From NCBI RefSeq assembly GCF_037042905.1, contig NC_087245.1, positions 13,084,001 through 13,148,000 on the forward strand: a stretch of 64,000 nt of DNA, given 5' to 3'. Both the position numbers and the translations under genes were made by a program. Below are positions 1-13,368 of the stretch, in pieces. The notes under the pieces are model-generated. The model searched no databases, was not told the origin of the DNA, and saw nothing but the letters and a program-made list of their open reading frames with translations. Position 1 is the stretch's first letter, and each line of letters starts with the position of its first letter. This DNA comes from Lytechinus pictus (lineage: Eukaryota).

Positions 1-736
1 GTTTCTTTAGGAAGCAAATGTAAATTGTATTCTATTGTGTATGTACATTGCGTACATCTCATGTATTCAATTCATCGTTCATCTTGCCGAAGATGAATAT
101 GTTATATGAATTAATTATTTTTGCATGTGAAATCACCTTTTTATTGTAAATATATTTATGATAATTTGTTCATAGCTTGTTATACTTGTGACTGAATGTA
201 CTTTTTTAAAGCTCAGAGCGCACACCACATTGACAATTGTTAAAGGTGTTGAAATCTTTGAGAAACCATAACAAAACGTCATTAGTGAATATAACTCTTT
301 TGAAAAAAAATTTAAAAAAAAACCCAGTAATTAAGTTGATATATATAGGTGCACAATCAACAGAAACGGGTGGGTTAAAGTTTCAGATAATTCTACTTCG
401 ATGTGAGAAACTGGTAAGTTATTTTCAGATGCAAATTAACAATGTGACTTTCAATTCGATTTTTTTTTCTCTACTTGTATTTTAGTATTTAATAAAGTAC
501 AATTTCTTAGATAATGATGATGCAAGTGATAATTGCCTCCCTTATAAGGGTAAAAAGTAACATAATTTCATTTTTTAAATAATCATAGAGAGCCAGTATT
601 TGTTTTTATTAATGGCGTATCTTATGGGGGGCAGAAGTGCCACTCGGAGGAAGCACAAAGCAGCAAAAGAAAAAAAGGGAATAAAAAGGGGAAACATTAA
701 TTAGATTGTAGTGTGCATTTTTGTGCCTGTCATTAG

Positions 737-1235
737 AGGATAATTTCACTCTGACGAATATTTTATTGTAGAAATAGCAGAAAAAATTATTCAAAGCATC
801 GGTCACGGTTTGATGAAAATCCATTAAAGATTAAGAAATTTATTGGAATTTAGGTTTTTGATTTGTGACGTCATATGCGAGCAGCTGCATAAATGTCAAT
901 TTATAATGGTTCGTGATGACTAAGATCTTTCTTCTTTCAGGAGCGGGTGTGAAATAATATTTTGTTTTGTAGTAATATTTATTATTCATTAATAATATGT
1001 TGCACGATATGCTGTACGATAAAACCCATTATCAATTTTTGCAGAAAATGACAGTTCATTGATTTTTTTTAATTCACGATACGTGTGAAGCTGCTCGCAC
1101 GTGACGTCACAAATAAAAAAATCTAATAACTGTTTAATATTATTCTTTGTTGGATTTTCATCAAACAACCAATATTTTTAAATTATTTTTCTGCTATTTT
1201 TACAATAAACTTTTTATCAGGGTGAACTTTCCCTT
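737..1235. mobile_element. TTAA-flanked (Kolobok-like) MITE with long TIRs
   Basis: Diverged inverted arms of about 160 bp (tttgtgacgtcatatgcgagcagc / gctgctcgcacgtgacgtcacaaa; tgatgaaaatcca / tggattttcatca). The right end is tcagggtgaactttccctt-ttaa and the left flank is ttag. Confidence 0.75.
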
Positions 1236-3628
1236 TTAAAAAATGCATCAACATTTATTTTAAGGGTGTAAATTACGAAAGCTTTTGAAAGCCCGGTCAC
1301 TTTGCTCCCTTGCATTTTTTTTCCTGTTATAATTTTGTACTTCGCTTCCCATTTGCCGTAAGCGTTCTTATGGGACTCTTCTATAGATACATTATTTTTG
1401 TGAGGGGCTTATTGTTTGCTCCAAGACAAAACAATGCTTATTTAATACTAAGCCACAGTGTAAGGCAGATGGTAAATTTGTATTTCTTGTCTCTCATATA
1501 TGAAAAGTAGGATTTCATCTTTATCCCCCAAAATTATCATAAAATGTACATTGATTAATAATACTGGGTGTTGCCGATTTAAGTATTTCCACCATGATCG
1601 ACGGGGACGCCCTTCATAAGTTATAAACTCCTGAAATCCTTCAACCTGATCGTGTTTCAGCGAAAATCGCTGTTAAAGTTTTTTCATTTACTCCTAAGAA
1701 TTCGTCACATTCGGATTTTCACTTTTGTGATTGTGACCGGGTTCACAAGAAGCTTCTGTAACATTGTTGAGCTTCGTTCTGTATTGTCATGATTGTTATG
1801 TAATGCAGTTTTTATTCATAACATTGACAGCGCATGTAATGTGTTTTGTGTATGGAGTACAGCCCGAGCTTAACTTTTTTGTCCGATTTTCTGAATAAAA
1901 CAAAATGTTCAGCCAAAGAAACAGCTTTTTTTCTCATATTATTGTGAACGTCTTTATTGTGATCTGTTGTCAAGTTTAACACAGGGGCATGGTTCCTACC
2001 CAGTTCCCCTGGTATAAGGGGCAGGGGCTACGTATACACTGTCCCCTATGATTTTTCATGCGATAAAACTGTAAGGGGGAAATGGGAGAGGGAGAAATAA
2101 ACATGATGAAGAAGAGAGAGAGATATCATCATAAAACGAATATCATCTTTGGGTCGCCTTGTCCTCGTCTTCCAAAAAGCTACCCTCTTGACGACCCTGG
2201 ATAACATGGATAAGAAACGTTAAATCCCAACAAAGACATGATTGTAATAAAATGGACAAAAATGAAACAGGCAGAATGCTTAAATTTTTTATTGGATTTA
2301 AAATAAGAAAGTAATTACGGGATAATAAAAGTTTCGCTACGCACACACACACACTCCCTCAGAAACGTCCTTTCTACGTCTGAATTTAAAACGGGGAGAG
2401 ACTAGTTCTAAAGCCTATGATACAAAAGATTGCCATCCCTTTCTCCGCTGTCATGATCAATTTCAAAGGCTGGTCTTGAAGGTTTTCAAATTAACAGACA
2501 AGTGATTTAAAAGAGATTCTTCTTTGGCTATCCATTTTAATGCAAAGTAATCCGTTCATTTACTCCATGTAATGACAGCAGGTGATTACCATCAGCCGTT
2601 GATAAAGAGCAAAATTACGGACACTTCATTTTGACTTGGTTAATAGTTTAGCCATGTTAGCCTCATCATTTGGCTGGAATTTTTTTTTGATCGAGATACT
2701 TTGAATTCAGCTTTTATTCTATTTAATGGATAATATAATAAAATATGAATTCAAAGCATCTCCATTAATAAAAACATTCCAGCCCAAATCGTAAAACTAA
2801 TGCTATAAACCATTATGACGGATATTCACGTAAACTTCAATGAAAATGTTGTCAAGTCAACGATCACAGGTAGCTGTGAGGGTATACTGCAAGGTCCGTA
2901 CCGTCGATTCGCTTTGAGTATGAGAAGAAAATTGACATGAAAGATCACCATAATCGACACCTCAGGAGCTAAACCTATTATTCGCCATTTCAATAGGACC
3001 ATATCATGAATCATCAGTTCACTTTCTTCACATGTCCTGTTCTACGTAGGAACTCCTTATCCATCGGTCTCAAGTCTCGTTTCATCTTAAATCAAGTAAG
3101 ACAATCTTACTACATATTTATGACGTTTTTATAATTTATGTCAGTGGGATGGTTTCGCTGAATAAAAATGATCCAATCTATTATCATTGGCCAAAATAAC
3201 CAATTTGTTTGACTTGTGTATATATGACCCACCAAAGTATTGGTATAGATTGACAATAGTGTGATGGTTATTGTTGAAAATAGTTGGATAAAACATAAAA
3301 GAATCTTGGATGATTCTGACCCTGATTGGGGGCGGGGCACGGACAAATATTTTCTCTTTTTTTTGGGGGGGGGGGAGTCGTCAGAAGTTTTCAGGAGACG
3401 AAATTCCTTTCATTTGTAAATGATGACCCCTTTTTGTCAGGGATAAAGTAATTTCAACCTTTAACATTATTCCTCTGTTAACAAAATCTCATCCGACACC
3501 CATGACTAAAGGGTACCAGTGAGGTATTAAAAAAAAACGCGATTATATATTGATGGCGCTCTTTCAAAACCGATATGAGGGTCCCTTTAGTAGAAATAAT
3601 GAAATTGAAGATGAGCCATTGGTCATGA

Positions 3629-3785
3629 TGAGAGAGAGAGAGAGGGGGGTGGAGGTAGACGCACACATACACTATAATCATGACAGAGAAAGAGAGGGAG
3701 GAGGGAGAAGGGGGAGATAGGCAGACATGTAGCAGAAGTGTGTGTGTGTGTATGAGGGTGTGTGGGTGTGTGTGAGAATGAGAGA
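3629..3785. repeat. Compound (GA)n/(GT)n low-complexity repeat
   Basis: Visible ga and gt runs. Confidence 0.8.
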
Positions 3786-3955
3786 TGGAATTTGTTTTGA
3801 TGGGAGAGTGTATGCACCATGAATGCTCTCTGGGGCCTGGTTTGCAATCTGAACTGGTCAATTTTCGTTCTAAAAATTTTGAAATTTAAAACATCAATTT
3901 TGAAATTTTCTGATTTATTTGTGGAAAACATTCGGTTACAACTTCTAAATAATAC

Positions 3956-4076
3956 CTACAGTAATAAATCAAAACTTGTACAAGTGTATATTGTTTCTCT
4001 GCCTCATCTCCCATCTACAGTAATAGACCAAAACTTGTACAAGTGTATATTGTTTCTCTGCCTCATCTCCCATCTA
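3956..4076. repeat. Near-perfect tandem duplication of 2 x 59 bp
   Basis: aaaacttgtacaagtgtatattgtttctctgcctcatctcccatcta occurs at 3971 and 4030. Confidence 0.92.
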
Positions 4077-6189
4077 AAACGAAAGAGCGCCATCATAAAT
4101 ATTTGTGGCCAAATTATTTCATTCAAGCTAGGGGTATCCTCATCCCTCGTGACATTGGAATGGAAATTGCTCATATTGTTCGTTTCCTTCATTCTCCTTT
4201 TCTAACAGTTCACACTTTAAACTGTGTTAATTATAAAGGGCCGGGAAATATTTTAATACCAGAGTAAAACTGTTTAAATACAATACTCATGACCTTCATT
4301 TTCCCTTCCATCTCTTTCTTCATTCTATGTTCCAGCATTTCCCTTTACTTTTTTTTTAATTCCTTTCCCATTTTCATGTCCATGTCATCATTAAAATAAA
4401 ATAAAAGATATTGCCGAAAGCAACTTGTGTGAAGTGTCATACCGTTTCTTTCAAATAATTATATCTGCTTTAAAACTGACCTACCAAAGGTATGAATGAT
4501 GCCTATCATTAAATCGGGAAAATTACTTCCCATCTCCAATGAGTGAACGCCAGTGCCTCGATCTGACACGTTACATTTCCTATCTCTTTTATTTATTGCA
4601 TTGAAGTAGTATTGCATTTTACATTAATGATTGACATGATACATTCAGATTGCGGTAATAATAACGCAACATTGGAAGGGTAGAGGTCTCGAAGTCTGAC
4701 CACCAGGGTTCAAAACCCCGACTATCCGTCTCTCTCCCCCTCTCTCTCCCTCTCTCTCTCTTGTATCCTACCTAGACGTTTAATAAGGTCGGATATCATT
4801 TTCTTTGGTATTGATTTATCACTAAGTTCTTCCGGGCAAACTATGATTCATCTTCAGTCCAGTAAAAAATAAAAATAAGCGACAAAAAATTGCCGTTTCA
4901 CAAATTTGAAAAGAAAAAAAATCAAACTTGCTATGACTTTGTAATTGTAAGACACTACGACGGAACTGACCCTTTGCCCTACCATTCTCAAAATAATGAT
5001 AGTGAACCAACTCAAATCTGCAAAGTCATAGAAAAGAAGAGTGTTCTTAATTCGCGACGATTATGAAAATTAGGTCTACAAGAAATTAACCAAAGTGGGA
5101 AAAAACAACAAATTGCTAAGAGTGGTTTTACGACTCATACTAAGCCTGAAGGAGGCTGGGTCCTCCGTCATCTCTTGTGTAAGTCATATCTCTTTCCAAC
5201 GGGCTCCTCTCCCGGGAGATCATCTCCAAGTTTTCGGACAACCTCCAAGTTGTTCAACTTGTCATTTAATTAGCGTCCAACACGAGCGTGCACTTTCTGA
5301 GGTCAGGACCTGGTCTCTGAACAGGGGAAGTCTTGAGGTTTTTAATTACATGATTTTCTGTTCCTCGCCGCCAGTCATTATTTTCCTAACGTCTGCGAGT
5401 TGATACTACATAGATACAAAATTCTGTTTAACTCCTTTTCTTTTAAGCCCGCCTTCCATCGCCGCCATTGCTATGATTCATCACGGAGTGCGATGCCTGC
5501 TTGGCTGCAATCCAGGGCAGTGCCGAGACACGGAGAAAAATAAAATCAGGAGATAAAAAAAAATGAGACACAATATCCTAGAAAAGGCATAAATACAAAT
5601 CATGGGTAAAAGGTTTATGGATACTGACTTTTAAAAAGAGTAGACTAGATTATTTTTAAGTTCAATGCAGAGTAATTTGAAATTTTGATTTTTTTCTTTT
5701 ACTTCAACAGCATTACGAGTTACAATATATTTTATGACCGCAACTTTTTAAATTGACCTGCACAACAAAAGACTTTTATAAGGATGTGACAATATTTGAA
5801 TATTTATGAGAAAAGTGGACTCGATAGGCCTATTATTTGTTTTTTATATTTTGATTTTCTTGTAGCTGTTTTATTTGGATTGTATATAATTTTTTAATTT
5901 ACTCAATTTGTGGAAATGAATTTGAAGCTTTTGACAGAAATAACACATTATAGATGAAAATAGTAGAGAGCAAGTTAATTTGAAAAAAAAATTGTGTTTG
6001 TAGTATTCACTAAAATTGTTTTTTTATGCCTTCTTGTTCAAAGGACAATAACATAGTGAATGAAACGATGTAGCTCTATTAGTATTTCATAATTGGCTTT
6101 CATATATACTTTCACATCTCCGGAATAATTTGAAAACTTTTCACACGATTATAACACACCGCCTCACACTCTCACAGTCAGTATTATAA

Positions 6190-6608
6190 GGCAACCGCAC
6201 ACCTTATCACTAGTCTACAATCCGATTTTGGAACAAATCGCATTTTGCTCATTTTCGAAAAAAAGGGTGAATAAAAAAAGTATCTTTTAATTTGAGGTTC
6301 AAATTAACTAAAAGGATATTAATATAACAATTTTGGATGATTGCAAGCCTTCACTTTGGAGTAACGGCCAAATTAGTTTCAAATCGCAGCCAATCGTACG
6401 ATTGCTATGACGTCATTACGACTAGATATTAAATTCGCTTTTTATTCTAATAAGGATGATAGCATAGTCACAAATTTGAACAAAGGTATTCGTACGATGA
6501 TTTTGAACATTACACAGAAAGATATTTCATTATTCAATATTAGCATCAAATTCTACTACGATTTATCCCACATCGAGTCGCAGAGCAATCGTAAGGTGTT
6601 CGATGGCC
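6190..6608. mobile_element. PIF/Harbinger-like MITE
   Basis: Termini ggcaaccgcacaccttat / gtaaggtgttcgatggcc are imperfect inverted repeats in a TAA/TTTA context. Confidence 0.6.
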
Positions 6609-6981
6609 TTTATGTGTCTCGTGTCTTACCCTATTATATCCCCCTCCCCGGATTATTCCCTTAATTACCCTTCAATTTCGGTAATTGTTACTTAATCCAC
6701 ACCCACTATCAGTTTGGTCGAATAGCCACTTGGCTCATTTACATGTACCTTTTCGTCCAATTCTTATTTGGGTTTATACACACACTTTGTAACTGTTTCG
6801 CAACCAAGTTTCATTTGATAAAGTGCAAAAAGTAAGTAGACATAAGGGTAGACCTGGTCATTAATCTAAAGGACAGAGCAAATGACCGAGGGACGGTTGG
6901 ACCGTAGGGTCCATGGTTGGACAAAAAAAATCGGTTTAGTCCAAGTGGTGTTCGACATTTTGAAAATTAGACCAACTACTA

Positions 6982-7194
6982 CACTCTAAAAAAGGTGTAC
7001 CCAATATTGGGTAAAATGGGAAAATGCTTGTTTGTTGGGTAAAAAGAAACCAAATACTTTGTAAATTTTACGCAATGTTGCGTTGAAATTTACCCTTCAT
7101 TTTGCCCAACATTGGGGACAAAAATTACCCAACGAACATGCATGTTCCCTTTTTACCCAATATTGGGTAAATTTTACTTTCTGTTTTTAGAGTG
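6982..7194. mobile_element. Palindromic CACT-ended MITE
   Basis: Ends are cactctaaaaa / tttttagagtg, and both arms carry tacccaatattgggta. The element is a near-complete fold-back. Confidence 0.8.
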
Positions 7195-7594
7195 TTCTTT
7201 TTTTGTCCTTCTATGATTCATTCGTTCTGATCCCTAGTTCCCCCCTTATATTTTGGGACTTCTTTCTCTTTATCTTCCTTTCTCATTTCGTCTCTCTATT
7301 TCTCCCTCTGTCGATTTTCTCTTTCTGTACTCGATAATTTCCATTGATATCCAATCGCTGTGTTTGATATGCATTTGTATACTTTCTCTCTCAGCAATAC
7401 AAGTTGGCAAGATCTAGTAATCACAACTTTCGTCCCTCTATAGTATGCTTTCTCCAGTTCTCTTTCTTACTTTCATTTTTTATTCCTTCTTCAATGTCTT
7501 GCTCTCAGTTTCTGTCACCCGATATTTTTTTATCCGATTATCGATTCATCTTTCAATTCCTTGAATTACATACATTTATACATTTTGTCTCTTA

Positions 7595-7808
7595 CACTGT
7601 TAAAAAATAATTAAGACAACGCTGTTTACTATATGAATCGCACAGAAGTTGTTTTTAACATTTAAAAGAAGTGTTAAAACTCTTAAACAACAAAAATATT
7701 GAATTATCAATACTTTAAGCATGGTTGCGTAAGATTTTAAACTGTTTAAACAACTACTGTGCGATTCACATATAGTAAACCGCGTTGTTTTAGTTATTTT
7801 CAACAGTG
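7595..7808. mobile_element. Palindromic CACT-ended MITE, TA-flanked
   Basis: cactgttaaaaaataattaagacaacgc...gaatcgcacag pairs with ctgtgcgattc...gcgttgttttagttattttcaacagtg. TA lies on both sides. Confidence 0.85.
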
Positions 7809-7899
7809 TAGTAATAAATATTTGAATATAATCCTTTCTTTTTGATCGATCTTACTTTAAGAAATCATACAATACAAAATAATTTTTGTTAGTATTCAA

Positions 7900-10825
7900 T
7901 CGCATATTTAATGCTTCACAAACCGGCAAGTGGTTTCTTTTTTTCATACAAATATTTACAATATTTTCAGCACTTATTTTCATTGTTTCATTAACTTGCA
8001 CACAGTACGTTTATTTTAAAAATTTTATCATTTTTCACATTTGTTTCCATTTCGATGCCAAAACAAACGTTGACAAATAATACGACAAATATAAAAAGAA
8101 CTCTTTACGAAAATATATATTCAACTTTTACTTATCAGCCTTGTGTGAACTATATACATATACAATACAAAATAATCACAATTCGAATACATTTAAAAAA
8201 GAATAAGGTTTAATAACGATAATTATTTCATATTTTGGCTTGCCTAAAATCAATACATGGGAAATACTGAATACTGTTAAATAAATTTTGACAAAAATAC
8301 TTCTGAATAACGAATCAAATTCATATCAATAGTTGATCGATATCTTTTTATATCGATCAAATGCCATTAAGATGTAAGTTTTGTGAATAATAACTTGATA
8401 TTTATCTTAACATCTGCCCGACACTCTAAGCTTTATATTTAGTTCAATTTTAGGATAATATATTCTGATCCAGGGAACTGTGTAGATAAAAAAAGATTAA
8501 ATGTTAAGGATGCAGACTATAATATTTTGCAGCATAAATTCATGTCAGGCCACATGACACGTAATAAAGAGAAATCTATCACGAGCAGGTGCCGGCCCAG
8601 GAGTAAATGGGAGGGGGGGGGCTCAGATAACAGGAGCTCGTCCAATTTTATTGTGCCCCTTGCCAGATTAGTACTTTGTCCATATTTCTTCTGAAAAGAT
8701 ATTTCATATTCGGTGATACTTTTGTCTTTTTATTTTCATAAAAATCAGAAATATGAAGAAAAAATCTGTCCAATTTAGGTCGGGGGGGGGGGGGCGCAAT
8801 ATGATAATAAAAAAATTCCCAGTTGTTTGTGTGTCTCGTTTTTTTTTTGCGGGATCTTCTGGATCCACCTCAAGTCATATACTAAACGGAAAATCGAATT
8901 TTGTTAGCTATTCTTTGAATTTGATATGAGCAGTTCTGTAAAGTCCCAAAACAAATCATGCCTATATACTTCCTCTTTCAAAAGTTTACATCTGAAATTA
9001 CAGATTATTCACCAAATGAGATTTTGTTTCAAGAAATAGTGGATTTATCAACTTTGTTCCAATAGATTAAGACTTACATTATATATCAATCGGACAAATT
9101 GAGAGTAGTTAACACTTTGTCATGTTTGTTGTTGCATTTATTGATTAACATAAAAATACTGTTTTTCAGGAGGAGAGCAAGGTGAGCTACTGAAGTCCCG
9201 CCATCATGGATTTCTTGAGACAGAAAAGCGAAATCAAGGTTTATTACAGTATGACGATTGTAAGTATCAAAATTATCTTAATGACTTCAAAATGTTGAAA
9301 AAGAAGCAGAAAAGTTGTTTTTATTTCAAATCCATTTGATCTACTACTATCATGATGGATGAATGAAATCTTTCTGAATTTCACTGTGTCCCTTTCTGTC
9401 GCCAAAGGGAGTCTTGAGTGGTTTCTCCGATCAATTCTATGTAATCATGGTAACTATGACCAAGCAACATTTCCTACAATTATCGGATTGTTTCAGGGTT
9501 TCAGTGTCTTCTGATAGCCCAATATACCCCGACTATGCCGATAGTTATAAAAGTTTAATAAAGCAATGTTTATCTTCGTAGATTTCGTATGAACCATTTC
9601 ATGTCGGCATAAAATGGAAAATATTTGGCAATGAATTAATAATCTTTTCAACTATCTACTATCAGCACCAAAAAAGATAAACAAATAAGTCATGATAATA
9701 CTGTTCTTTACATCATATATAGCACACGTCGCGATATAACACCACAAAAGTGGTTGCACGCCTGGAAAAAAATTTTGGCTAAAGCGTTGTATATAATAAT
9801 TTATACAATTTTTTATACGAAATTGTATATTACTATATCTTTCGAGATCTGAAGATTGTGAGTTTTACGTTGTCATTAAGATACATTACACCCAGATTAA
9901 ATGATATCACTGTCATTGAAAGTGAAATAATACCAACATGGCAAATGAAAACAAACATGTTCTTCATTAAGTTTTTAAGAAACAATTAATATTTTGTATC
10001 ACCAATAAGTGGAAAAGCTGTCTTTTTTCATTATTAATCTGTTGATAAGCTTTCTACATTGATCAGTTTCTTGTTTTCCTTTCATAAGAGAAATTTCCGT
10101 TCAGTAATCTAAGACTTCTCTGAATTTACTCTTTTTATCAATAGTACTGTAGTACCACATAAATCGTTATACATGAACCATTTTCCTTTCCACATTTATC
10201 TGTGGTAATCACTTTATACACATATAAACACAAACAAGGAAGCAATGCAAGTATGAAAACATTCGTCATAAATAATAACTATCTTAGATACATTGTCATG
10301 CAATTATATACTATTAGCGTCACAATTGAATTCACAGCAGATCATATTAATAGAGTGGTGCTATTGAATACGATGGCGCCTTCCACTTGCACACGCCACT
10401 CTTTGATTGGCTTAGACAAAATGTCACATGATACTGTCTCACAGCCAATCACCTGTTACGATACACCAGAACTCTTACGTGGTATTGTCAAACAATATCA
10501 ACAGAGTCTAGTTATTTGGCACACACTTCAAATGCCCGTTTATTGAAAAGTTCTTAAAGAACAAACTCCCATGGAGTTCATTCACAATCAGGTATTTCAG
10601 GCTTTAAATGGACAGTAAATATTCGCTGATTATTGAAATCATAATAATGACCTGTCCAACTAGAAATTGAGATCCACTTCGAAGTTTTCCGAGTCTATGA
10701 TTTGAAGTGCCGTCGCATTAAAGAAAATAAAATCAAGATTTCATAATGCTCCTCTGTTCAGTCATTAACCAAGTTCATCATCACGCCTGGTTCACCTACA
10801 TGGGAGCCAGACATGGTTACCTTGA
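7900..10825 (-). other. Presumed long Wnt1 3' UTR (end uncertain)
   Basis: Lies downstream of the stop and is U-rich on the minus strand. Candidate AATAAA signals (tttatt on plus) include 10539-10544, 9240-9245, 9137-9142 and 8010-8015. Confidence 0.4.
8586..8871. mobile_element. Degenerate G-rich hAT-like MITE
   Basis: Starts caggtgccggcccagg, ends ctggatccacct and contains poly-G tracts. No clear TSD. Confidence 0.45.
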
Positions 10826-11311
10826 CTACAAACATCTATGCACGTTCCGATACGACGTACACTCTTCGCATTTAACTTTACAGCACCAGTGAAAGGTGCA
10901 ACTACATCTTTCTTTTACTTTGATTTCAGTTGTTGTCGAACCTCTTTGACAGCACAAAAGATCGCATCCATCCACGCCCAATGACGTGGCGTTGCATTCC
11001 CGCCCTCTCGTTCCTGGCGTGCCGAACTTGTGATTCGGCTCGCAAAAATCAGGCGAGTTTTCAAAATACACCAGATCTCGTGAGGAAGGTTGCTTATGAG
11101 ATGGGTTGTAAGGCACGAAGCTGGATTCGGTTTCGCGATCGCTTGGATTGCCGTCGTTTCTCATTGTAACTCGGGAGGCGCCGTCGAAACGGTCCTTGAT
11201 TAGTTCTCCCACCGTTCTAAAGGTCGGTAATCTCATCCAACACGTCTCTATGGTACAACTGCCAGACATCCCGTGGCATTTACATTCTCGACGCATCTCA
11301 CTGGAAACGGT
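10826..11311 (-). CDS. Wnt1: Wnt1 coding exon 4 (C-terminal, with stop)
   Basis: Acceptor ttcactttag. Encodes [19 protein letters not shown] (the lipidated Ser motif), [25 protein letters not shown] (Wnt1-type) and [13 protein letters not shown]...RCL*. The spliced CDS is 369 aa with 23 Cys. Confidence 0.97.
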   Translation of the reverse strand, partial: TVSSEMRRECKCHGMSGSCTIETCWMRLPTFRTVGELIKDRFDGASRVTMRNDGNPSDRETESSFVPYNPSHKQPSSRDLVYFENSPDFCEPNHKFGTPGTRGRECNATSLGVDGCDLLCCQRGSTTTEIKVKERCSCTFHWCCKVKCEECTSYRNVHRCL

Positions 11312-12381
11312 CTAAAGTGAAAAATGGGGGGAAAATAAGAATGTGTGAATATTGAACTTCGAAAAGTAATAGTTAAAAAAAATCATTTCCAATTCTAGAG
11401 CAATTTAACATTGAAACCAACACTGGATCCTTAAACATATTGTAATATCCAAAATCTGTCACGATTACGACTTCTTATCGTCATGGCTACTTTCAGGCAT
11501 TTGATGTGACTCTTGAAATGGGTATTAAAAGTTACTCAGGCTCTCATTCCCCTGAAATAGTAAATTCATATTCCACCAATGTCATTAGATTTTGTCCCTA
11601 TTCTACCCCTCTTGTGTGGGTCCTACGTGTTTTTTTTAACACGACAGAATACACCTTTTACTATGTTGGACGAAGGTCTAAAACTTAATATTAGGTTGCA
11701 TTATTAGTAATGATTGTGAGATCATGGCATTTCTTAAAATGACATTTAATAGAAAACCAACCCAATATTGAAAGTAGAGGTTGTGATGATGGTCGAGAGC
11801 CATAAAGAAACACTTGGCATGCGGTTCCAATCATTTCAACTACAGACCACCATTCAGAAAGCTAAGGCGGCATCCTCTCAGACTTCAGAGAGATTTTACG
11901 ATCTCTTCAAGTCGAAACTGGTGAAAAGAAGCACCGTTTTAAGAGCGTTTTCGTTTTAAAAGCGGTCCCATTCGCTTTAGTCACTTAGCCCATTTCATTT
12001 CTCAATAGCCGCTTAGTAAACACCGTCAATTTGGAATACGGGTTTGCTTTTGTATAAAGTTATCCGTGTTTCTTTTATTTCTTATTTTGCCAAATTGCCT
12101 CCCGTTTCATGAGAAAAGTTTCAAGATTTTAATTTCCTTCCCCTCTGACCGACACCCGAGCAAGACGAACGAGGCAGTAAAATAATAATAAAATAATGTT
12201 CTGTACGGTATGAGCACCAAGTCATAAGAGTACATAAGTAGCGACCTCCCATGTTTTTCTTTTATTGACTTTGGTTACATGTTGACATAAGTGCAGTCAT
12301 GATAGTCAACATTGAAGCCTACATTCCCTTTTTAATAGCTATGTAGTTTGTTATAATCTGTATTAGTTTTTTGAAACTATA

Positions 12382-13368
12382 CAGTGCGTATCAAAAAAAA
12401 GTTTACACTTTGAAAAAGCCCTGGGAATTAAAAAATATACAACATGTGGGTAATTTTTTTACATATAATTTTGGGTTTGTGTCTCATCTATCCAATGAAA
12501 GTAAAAGTTTTGACTGAGTGTTACACTTGAGTGAGCACTGTCTATTTTTGTAAAGCTCGCATAAATCTGTTTGCGCAGAAATGCTCGTTTTCACGCTGTG
12601 TCAAGGGGAAAGGGCGAAATCAAACTTACCCTGCGAAACATTTCTCATACATATCCCTTGCACTTTTAGTCAATTGAAATAAAATGGATACATTCAAGCA
12701 TTTTGTAACAATTTTGCCACCCAAATTGATATTTCAACACTTGATAAGCACAACCATTACCCTTTTTGTGCCAGCTGGATCTCAGGACATAACTAAATCT
12801 GAACAAAAGTTTATATCATACATCTCCAGCATTTTTTCACTAAGTTTTTATCATTTAAAGTGGGTTTACATTTCATTTTTCATTTAATACTTGTTTCTCC
12901 ACACTTTTCCCAAGCTTGACAATGATTAACAAAATGAAAATAAAGCCTAAGCAATTTCATGTAAATCACAACTCAGTGTAAAGCAAATATCGTCACAATG
13001 GCCTCGGTGTGTGGGGGAGTGGGATGGGGCGCAATGCACGCTTCGAAGTGTTTTGGGCAAGGAAACAAGTTAAAAAGGGTCAAAGATATCTTCAAATCAA
13101 TTTTACTAGCTAAATTCCACGTGTTCTTCGTGATTAAGTTTTACTTTTATTCGCATAACTTTTTCAAAGTTCTGCGCAAATCATTTTTCACTAATTTTTC
13201 AAAAGTAAGTGGTGCTCACTCAAGCGGAAATATTTTTCGACAGTTATATCTTCATTTGCTTAAATGGAGCTGTACCAATGTTGAAATGTGGAAAAATCTT
13301 CAGGATATTACAAATGTATAATTTTACAGGATTTTTTCTAAGTGTAAACTTTTTTTTGATACGCACTG
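12382..13368. mobile_element. Non-autonomous Tc1/mariner element in Wnt1 intron 3
   Basis: Perfect 29-bp TIR CAGTGCGTATCAAAAAAAAGTTTACACTT, extending imperfectly to about 42 bp. It is flanked by TA on both sides, is 987 bp long and has no transposase. Confidence 0.92.

Noticed and set aside
3956..4076. Direct repeats as a CRISPR-like array
   Set aside because: This is a simple two-unit tandem duplication without spacers, in a eukaryotic context.
4675..4795. tRNA-like B-box (ggttcaaaacccc)
   Set aside because: No cloverleaf or clear A-box is present, so at most it is a decayed SINE fragment.
11109..11117. miR-124 seed-type match in exon 4
   Set aside because: It is a single site within constrained coding sequence and is plausibly chance.
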